A DNA stretch of 64,000 bases, taken from contig CAVRCI010000014.1 in assembly GCA_963719495.1 (NCBI GenBank), positions 1 through 64,000 of the forward strand, read 5' to 3'. This DNA comes from an uncultured Verrucomicrobiae bacterium. GTDB taxonomy: Bacteria > Verrucomicrobiota > Verrucomicrobiia > Chthoniobacterales > JAATET01. A model generated the notes under the pieces. It ran no database searches. It worked only from the letters and a program-made list of their open reading frames with translations, and was not told where the DNA came from. Numbering within the stretch: the first letter of the stretch is position 1; the number at the start of each line of letters is the position of its first letter. A program made the position numbers and the translations under genes. Below, in pieces: positions 58,357 to 64,000 of this stretch.

Positions 58357-59874
58357 ATGAGCACTCTGACCATTGAAAATCCCCTCGACCTCATCTCCCC
58401 AGCTACCCGCGATTTCCTCTCCGGGACAAAACTGAACGTCATCGACGGCAAGGCCCGGCCCGCCGCATCGGGGCGGACGTTTGACAGTTACGACCCGGCG
58501 ACGGGCGACGTGCTGGCCACGGTCGCCGAGGGTGGCGCGGAGGACATCGACCAGGCGGTGGCGGCTGCACGGCGGGCGTTCGACGACGGTCCGTGGCGAC
58601 GAATGACGCCGTCGGAGCGGGGGCGGATCATTTGGAAACTCGGCGATCTGATTTTGGAAAACCTCCAGCAGCTCGCCGAGCTCGACTCTTTGGACAACGG
58701 CAAACCCCTGGCCGTGGCCAAGGTCGCGGACGTGCCCCTCGCGGCGGATCTCTTTCATTACATGGCCGGCTGGGCCACGAAGATCGAGGGTCAGTCGATC
58801 TCCATCTCGGTGCCCTACGCGCCCGGGGCGAAATTTCACGTCTACACGACGCGCGATCCGATCGGGGTGGTGGGTCAGATCATTCCGTGGAATTTCCCGC
58901 TCCTGATGGCCGCGTGGAAACTCGGCCCCGCGCTGGCCACCGGCAATACCGTCGTGCTGAAGCCCGCCGAGCAGACGCCCTTGTCGGCGATCCGGCTGGC
59001 CGAGCTCGCGCTCGAAGCCGGTCTGCCGCCCGGCGTGCTCAACGTCGTCAATGGTCTGGGCGAGACCGCCGGAGCGGCGCTGGCTTCCCACGACGGCGTG
59101 GACAAGGTCGCGTTCACCGGCTCGACGGAGGTTGGAAAAATGATCGTCAAGGCGGCGGTGGGCAACCTCAAGAAAGTGACGCTCGAGCTGGGCGGAAAAT
59201 CGCCGACGATCGTCTTCAAGGACGTCGCCGACATCGAGTCGGCGGTCGCGGGGGCGGCGAACGCGATTTTCTTCAATCACGGGCAATGCTGCGCCGCCGG
59301 CTCGCGATTGCTCGTCGAGAAGGACATCTTCGACGACGTCGTCGAAGGCGTGGCCCGGCTCGCCGCGGACATCAAGCTCGGCGCGGGAGTGAGCGAAGGC
59401 ACCGAGATGGGGCCGCTGGTTTCCAAGGAGCAACTCGAGCGCGTCTCCGGCTTCATCGAGTCGGGACAGCGGGAAGGTGCGACCGCCGTGGCTGGCGGCT
59501 GCCGCGTCGGGGATCGGGGCTACTTCGTCGCGCCGACGGTCTTCACCAACGTCGGTCCCGACATGGAAATCGTGCGGGAGGAGATCTTCGGCCCCGTCGT
59601 GGTCGCCGAACCCTTCGACGACGTGGCGGACATCGTCCGGCGGGCGAACGACACGCCCTACGGACTCGCGTCGAGCGTCTGGACCCGCGACATCGGCAAG
59701 GCGCACCGCACCGCGGCGGAGCTCCGCGCCGGGACGGTGTGGGTGAATTGCCACAACGTCTTCGACGCCGCGATGCCGTTCGGCGGATTCAAACAATCCG
59801 GCTGGGGCCGCGAGATGGGCAAGGAAGCGCTCGATCTCTACACCGAGACGAAGTCCGTCTGCGTCGCGCTCTGA
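58357..59874 (+). CDS. NAD-dependent aldehyde dehydrogenase
   Basis: [44 protein letters not shown] and PFGGFKQSG. Confidence 0.96.
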   Translation: MSTLTIENPLDLISPATRDFLSGTKLNVIDGKARPAASGRTFDSYDPATGDVLATVAEGGAEDIDQAVAAARRAFDDGPWRRMTPSERGRIIWKLGDLILENLQQLAELDSLDNGKPLAVAKVADVPLAADLFHYMAGWATKIEGQSISISVPYAPGAKFHVYTTRDPIGVVGQIIPWNFPLLMAAWKLGPALATGNTVVLKPAEQTPLSAIRLAELALEAGLPPGVLNVVNGLGETAGAALASHDGVDKVAFTGSTEVGKMIVKAAVGNLKKVTLELGGKSPTIVFKDVADIESAVAGAANAIFFNHGQCCAAGSRLLVEKDIFDDVVEGVARLAADIKLGAGVSEGTEMGPLVSKEQLERVSGFIESGQREGATAVAGGCRVGDRGYFVAPTVFTNVGPDMEIVREEIFGPVVVAEPFDDVADIVRRANDTPYGLASSVWTRDIGKAHRTAAELRAGTVWVNCHNVFDAAMPFGGFKQSGWGREMGKEALDLYTETKSVCVAL

Positions 59875-59882
59875 GCCCGGCG

Positions 59883-61577
59883 TCAGTCGCCGCCGTCAGC
59901 CGCCAGCGCGATCTCGAGGACCGAGATCGAGGCGGGCGGGAGGACGATCGGTTCGTCGGTGGCGATTTCCGAGGAAGACTCCTCGAAGACCGCGGTGGGT
60001 CCGCGGTCGGCTGACTTGAGAAACGGGTCACCGACGAGAGTCCGCAGGGTCGCCGTCGAGCCAACCGTCTCGAACGCCGACAAATCGAGCCGCACCGCGC
60101 TGGCCTCGCGGAGCCTGCGGTGGATGACGTGGACGTAGAGACGTTCGTCGTCGCGGGTGGCGACGGCATCGATCAAGGCCCCCTGGGGGGTGGGTGGATG
60201 ATCGTCGGTTTCGATGGTCGGGATCGGCACGTTGGTGGTGGCGGTCACGAGGCGGCGGTCGCCGTGGTGGCGGCTGTAAAAGCCGGTCGCCTGGCCTTGC
60301 GGCAGCACGTAGGGCGGCGTCTCTCCGGTTGGGTCGACGCGGATCGCGGTGATGCCCCACGAGCTGCCGACCAGCATGGATTGCGTCGCGAGATCGATTT
60401 GGTCGCCGTTGCGCATGAGATTGTGCAGGAACGCGGCGCTCCCCAGACCGGAGGCGACGTCGAATTGGACGGTCGGAGCGGGATCGATCTCGCCGTGAAA
60501 CCAACCGTTCCAATTCCATTCCGTGCAGCCACCGCGGTAGCCGAGGGCGAGTGCGGCGGCGGCTTTTTTCGTCAAACCATCGGCCAATCCAGCGTCCGAA
60601 TACCGACCCGGCATCGTCGTCCACGCGGCCCACCATTCGTCGTCGGAAAGTTGCGCGGGCGGGACTTCGGCGTCCCCGATCCGGATGATGTCGGCCTGCC
60701 AGGGCGCGTAGATGTGGAACGTCGTCATCGCAACCTCGGCACGCACGACGGGGTCGCGCAGGTAGACCTCCTGGGCGTCGAAGACGCAGTCGTCGTCGAT
60801 GGCGATCGTGATGTCGGGATCGACGGCGCGGATCGCGCGGACGTATTCGCGCACGCACTCGGCGATCCAGGCGGCACGCTCCTCGTCCGAGAGATCCGGC
60901 AGCGCTTTCTCGATCAGTTCCTTCTTCGGTTTGTGCCATAGCTCGTTGCCGATCTGGACGGATTCCGCGCCGAAGGGTTCCGGATGGCCGTTCCGCGCGC
61001 GGACGGCCGGCCAATCGGTCATGCCCTCGGGGAGGTCCGCGCCCTGGGGGGTGTTTGCGTAGGCGACGAGGCCGGCGGCTTCGAGAGCGGCCTCGCGGAG
61101 CGGCTTGCGCCGCGCGGCGGCGTCGAGGAAATTGAGGACGAGCATGGTCTTGCAGTGCAGTTCGTCGCGGACGGCGAAGTATTCGTCGTAGCCGAACTGA
61201 TTGGTGATCGTGCCTCCTTTGTAACCCGTGGTGACGGGTCGCGTGTCGCCCGGCCGACCGGGGACGTTGTCGATCAGGTCGCGCCAGTCGATGTAGTCGA
61301 TGTCGGTCCCACCGGGGAAACGAATGAGCGGAATGTTCATCCGCTCGAGCTCGTGCATGACGGGAGCGGGGAGGTAGGGAGGCTCGTCGACGTAGGCGGA
61401 CTCGGGGCCGGGTTCGCCCCAGGTGGCCCGCTCGAGGAACTGACCGAATAGCTCGGGCGCCACGGGGTTCGCGACCTCGTCGGAGACGCGGATCGAGATG
61501 GGACCGGACTCGTCGGCCAGGCCGTGGGAGCCGAGAGCGAGAACGAGAAAAGCTGGGAGGAGTTGGGTGCGGATCAT
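59883..61577 (-). CDS. Secreted GH51-like alpha-L-arabinofuranosidase
   Basis: LFGQFLE, IRFPGG, IGNELW, TEWN and LPPASISVL. Confidence 0.8.
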   Translation of the reverse strand: MIRTQLLPAFLVLALGSHGLADESGPISIRVSDEVANPVAPELFGQFLERATWGEPGPESAYVDEPPYLPAPVMHELERMNIPLIRFPGGTDIDYIDWRDLIDNVPGRPGDTRPVTTGYKGGTITNQFGYDEYFAVRDELHCKTMLVLNFLDAAARRKPLREAALEAAGLVAYANTPQGADLPEGMTDWPAVRARNGHPEPFGAESVQIGNELWHKPKKELIEKALPDLSDEERAAWIAECVREYVRAIRAVDPDITIAIDDDCVFDAQEVYLRDPVVRAEVAMTTFHIYAPWQADIIRIGDAEVPPAQLSDDEWWAAWTTMPGRYSDAGLADGLTKKAAAALALGYRGGCTEWNWNGWFHGEIDPAPTVQFDVASGLGSAAFLHNLMRNGDQIDLATQSMLVGSSWGITAIRVDPTGETPPYVLPQGQATGFYSRHHGDRRLVTATTNVPIPTIETDDHPPTPQGALIDAVATRDDERLYVHVIHRRLREASAVRLDLSAFETVGSTATLRTLVGDPFLKSADRGPTAVFEESSSEIATDEPIVLPPASISVLEIALAADGGD

Positions 61578-62965
61578 GGCTTGAATGGGAGTGGGGGTTT
61601 GTAGATGCGGAGGGCGGCGATCGGGGGTGCCTGCGCTGCCCTTAGCGTCAGCCGGTGCGCGGAGTTGGGAATTCCCTGGAAAAGGGTGACGGTGGATTCA
61701 GTCGGGCCGGATGGGGCCGGGCTCGCCGTGAAGTCCGTCTCGAACGTCGGGAGCACCTCCACTTCGATTTCCATCTCGCCGGGCAGCGGCAGGTCGAGAC
61801 CCTCGCGGCAGAACGCGAGGTTCCAGTCCTCCGGCTCGATCACGATGCGCCCGGAGGGGGCGATGAATTTTTCCCCCGCGATGCCCTCGCCGTCGGGACC
61901 AGTAACGGATCCTCTCACGGTGAAATTAAACTCCCGGCAATCCTCACTCGCTCCGGTCACGGTGAACGTCCACGTCTCCGGAATCACCGGGACCGATCCC
62001 CGTTGGACCCGCAGCAGGCAGGGCCAGGTCGAGCCGGGGTAGGGGGTCGCCCGCGTGAACCGGTAGGCGTCCGGGAAATCCGCCGGGCTTCGGCCATCGA
62101 TCAAGACGCCCACGTTCGTCGGATCGCCCGCCGGAGCGAGGATCGCATCGACCCGGTTGCCGCTGAACTCCAGCGTCATCTGTCCGTCCACCCAGTCCTC
62201 CGGGCCGACGGCGACGGTGGTGACGCGGTCGTCGGCGGAATCGGGTGGAGTCGGCGTCGCGGGCGGATGGAGGTAGCTCTCGACGATCTCGGCCATGAGA
62301 CGCTCGCCGCGCTCGTTGAGATGAACCTCGTCGTTGAGCAGATCGCCCGGCGCGAGGTCGTTTGCCCGGAGGTGGGCTTTCCAGAGGTCGCGTTGGCGGG
62401 CCAGCTGGACGCCGTATTTTTCCGCGATGTCCGGCAGGAAGACGGCATTGAACCACGGCGTCCATTGCCCCCGGGTCAGGTGGGCTGGATCGGTCTCTTC
62501 GTCCAACGAGGCGTCGGCGCGGAGGTGATCGGTCTGGATGAGGATGTCCGCCGTGGTCCGCTCACGAATGCGGCGGACGATTTGCTCGTAAGCCTCGGAA
62601 TCTCCGTAGACGTGGAAAATGAGCAGGTCGGGGTAGAAGGGGTAGAGGTCGGCCTCGGCGGTCTTCACCAGCAACGGCGAAGCGTGGCCGGGGATGGCGC
62701 GGTTCTCGATGACGAGATTCGCGTCGGGAAAGGTGCGGTGGAGGTGGTCCGCGACAGATTTCCACCACGCCTGCGCGGTGATGGATTGGCCGTAGAAGAG
62801 GATTTTCACGGTGTGCCGCTGCTTGGGCAAACTGTCGGCCATGAGCCCCAGGCTCCGCTGGAGGTTGGGAGCCGCGACGGGGGCGGGTTGAAGTTGGGGA
62901 TTTGAGGAGTCGAGCATGACCGCGAAAAACAGGAAAAGCAGGGGGAGGAGGGTGGCGGGGGTCAT
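61574..62965 (-). CDS. SGNH/GDSL hydrolase-family protein
   Basis: FYGQSIT, NRAIPG and DEVHLN, with a beta-rich C-terminal extension. Confidence 0.75.
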   Translation of the reverse strand: MTPATLLPLLFLFFAVMLDSSNPQLQPAPVAAPNLQRSLGLMADSLPKQRHTVKILFYGQSITAQAWWKSVADHLHRTFPDANLVIENRAIPGHASPLLVKTAEADLYPFYPDLLIFHVYGDSEAYEQIVRRIRERTTADILIQTDHLRADASLDEETDPAHLTRGQWTPWFNAVFLPDIAEKYGVQLARQRDLWKAHLRANDLAPGDLLNDEVHLNERGERLMAEIVESYLHPPATPTPPDSADDRVTTVAVGPEDWVDGQMTLEFSGNRVDAILAPAGDPTNVGVLIDGRSPADFPDAYRFTRATPYPGSTWPCLLRVQRGSVPVIPETWTFTVTGASEDCREFNFTVRGSVTGPDGEGIAGEKFIAPSGRIVIEPEDWNLAFCREGLDLPLPGEMEIEVEVLPTFETDFTASPAPSGPTESTVTLFQGIPNSAHRLTLRAAQAPPIAALRIYKPPLPFKP

Positions 62966-63897
62966 TTCGCGTCGGCGAGGAACGCGTCGATTTCGCTCCG
63001 CGTCGGGATCGAGGATTGGGCGCCGACCCTCGTGACGGAAAGGGCGGAGGCCGCCGAAGCGAAGCGCGCGGCTTCGCGAAGCGGTTGATCCTCGGCAAGG
63101 GCGACGGCCAGTGCGCCGCAGAAGGTGTCGCCCGCCGCCGTCGTGTCGACGGCTTTCACGTTGAAGGCTGCGACGGTCCAGGTGCCCGCGTCGTCCGCGA
63201 CGACGGCTCCGGCTTTCCCCAGGGTCACGACGACGAAGCGGTGCCCGCCGCGTGTCCGCAGGTCGGTCGCGATCCGGCGCGCGGTGGTCTCGTCCGCGCT
63301 CGGGAGAGGTTCGGCGGCGAGGGCGGCGGCTTCGATTTCGTTTACGACCAGTCCATGAACCGCGTCGTTGGGCTGGAGGCTGAGATCGTTCGCCGGGGCG
63401 TAGTTTAACAGCACGGGGCGGCGATGTTTGGCGGCCAGCTCGAGAGCGGAACGGTTCGAAGCGCCGGGGATCTCCTGCTGCAGAACGATCCAGTCACTCG
63501 CGGCGATCACATCCTCGGCGGCGCGGACGCGCTCGGGCGTCACCCGGTAGTTCGATCCCGGCGCGACGGTGAGGTAGTTCTCGCCTTCGCCATCGAACAT
63601 CACCAGCGCCGATCCGCCGGGGACGTCCGCTTCGAGCGTGACGTGGGCGGTGTCGATCCGGTCGGCGCGCAACGCGTCGAGGTAGCTGTGCGCGACGACG
63701 TCGCTGCCCAGCGCCGCGACGAAAGACACCGCTCCACCCGCGCGGGCGGCGGCGACGGCCTGGTTCGCGCCCTTTCCGCCGAACGTCTGGAAAAATTCGC
63801 AATCCGTGACCGTCTCACCCACGTCCGGCAGGTGGGGTGCGCGCATGATGAAGTCGACGTTGGCGCTGCCGATGACGGTGATCCTGGGGGAACTCAC
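62962..63897 (-). CDS. rbsK: Ribokinase
   Basis: [33 protein letters not shown] and [11 protein letters not shown]. Confidence 0.9.
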   Translation of the reverse strand: MSSPRITVIGSANVDFIMRAPHLPDVGETVTDCEFFQTFGGKGANQAVAAARAGGAVSFVAALGSDVVAHSYLDALRADRIDTAHVTLEADVPGGSALVMFDGEGENYLTVAPGSNYRVTPERVRAAEDVIAASDWIVLQQEIPGASNRSALELAAKHRRPVLLNYAPANDLSLQPNDAVHGLVVNEIEAAALAAEPLPSADETTARRIATDLRTRGGHRFVVVTLGKAGAVVADDAGTWTVAAFNVKAVDTTAAGDTFCGALAVALAEDQPLREAARFASAASALSVTRVGAQSSIPTRSEIDAFLADAK

Positions 63898-63905
63898 GGC
63901 GGGGT

Positions 63906-64000
63906 TCAGTAGCCGGTTCCCTGGACCTCGCCGCCCTCGCAGATTGCGCCGACCGAGGACCAATTCACGCCGAGTCGATGCACCCCCATCGCGACGAACA
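63906..64000 (-). CDS. 3' end of an upstream gene, possibly deoxyribose-phosphate aldolase (partial)
   Basis: Hand translation [30 protein letters not shown] resembles the DeoC C-terminus ending in Tyr, and it is adjacent to the ribokinase. Only 30 residues are visible. Confidence 0.4.
   Translation of the reverse strand, partial: FVAMGVHRLGVNWSSVGAICEGGEVQGTGY

Noticed and set aside
623..63818. Many long alternative-frame and antisense ORFs (e.g. 9237-11198, 41638-43767, 58192-59796)
   Set aside because: They overlap well-supported genes and have low-complexity Arg/Pro/Gly/Glu composition, typical of GC-rich shadow frames.

Overview
GC-rich bacterial window. PEP-CTERM proteins, the style of the LacI regulators and a SWIM/SNF2 N-terminus suggest Verrucomicrobiota (inference). 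It has three parts. (1) Two carbohydrate-utilisation blocks at about 1-28.4 kb and 51.5-64 kb: ABC and MFS sugar uptake, GH36, GH130, GH9 and GH9-like, GH51, sulfatase, SGNH, ribokinase, LacI regulators and several secreted unknowns. Both blocks share a TGCA-N6-TGCA operator-like motif, and a TetR/RND efflux pair sits inside the first. (2) A ycaC/amidohydrolase/pirin/DoxX/MFS cluster with a multi-GAF two-component system at 37.8-51.3 kb. (3) A heavily rearranged mobile region at 28.5-36.5 kb, which is the most unusual part. It is built from GGGGTCAG-core repeats in three sub-families arranged almost mirror-symmetrically around about 33 kb. Four different genes end at these motifs and two segments are duplicated. 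An IS4 element and its 82-bp miniature are both inserted at the same 11-bp site inside the repeat. The region also holds an IS1202/IS481-like element with a 16-bp target duplication, and a 159-bp MITE with a 9-bp target duplication that has a second copy at 54 kb. No rRNA, tRNA or CRISPR array was seen. Product calls come from motif recognition by eye, not database searches.
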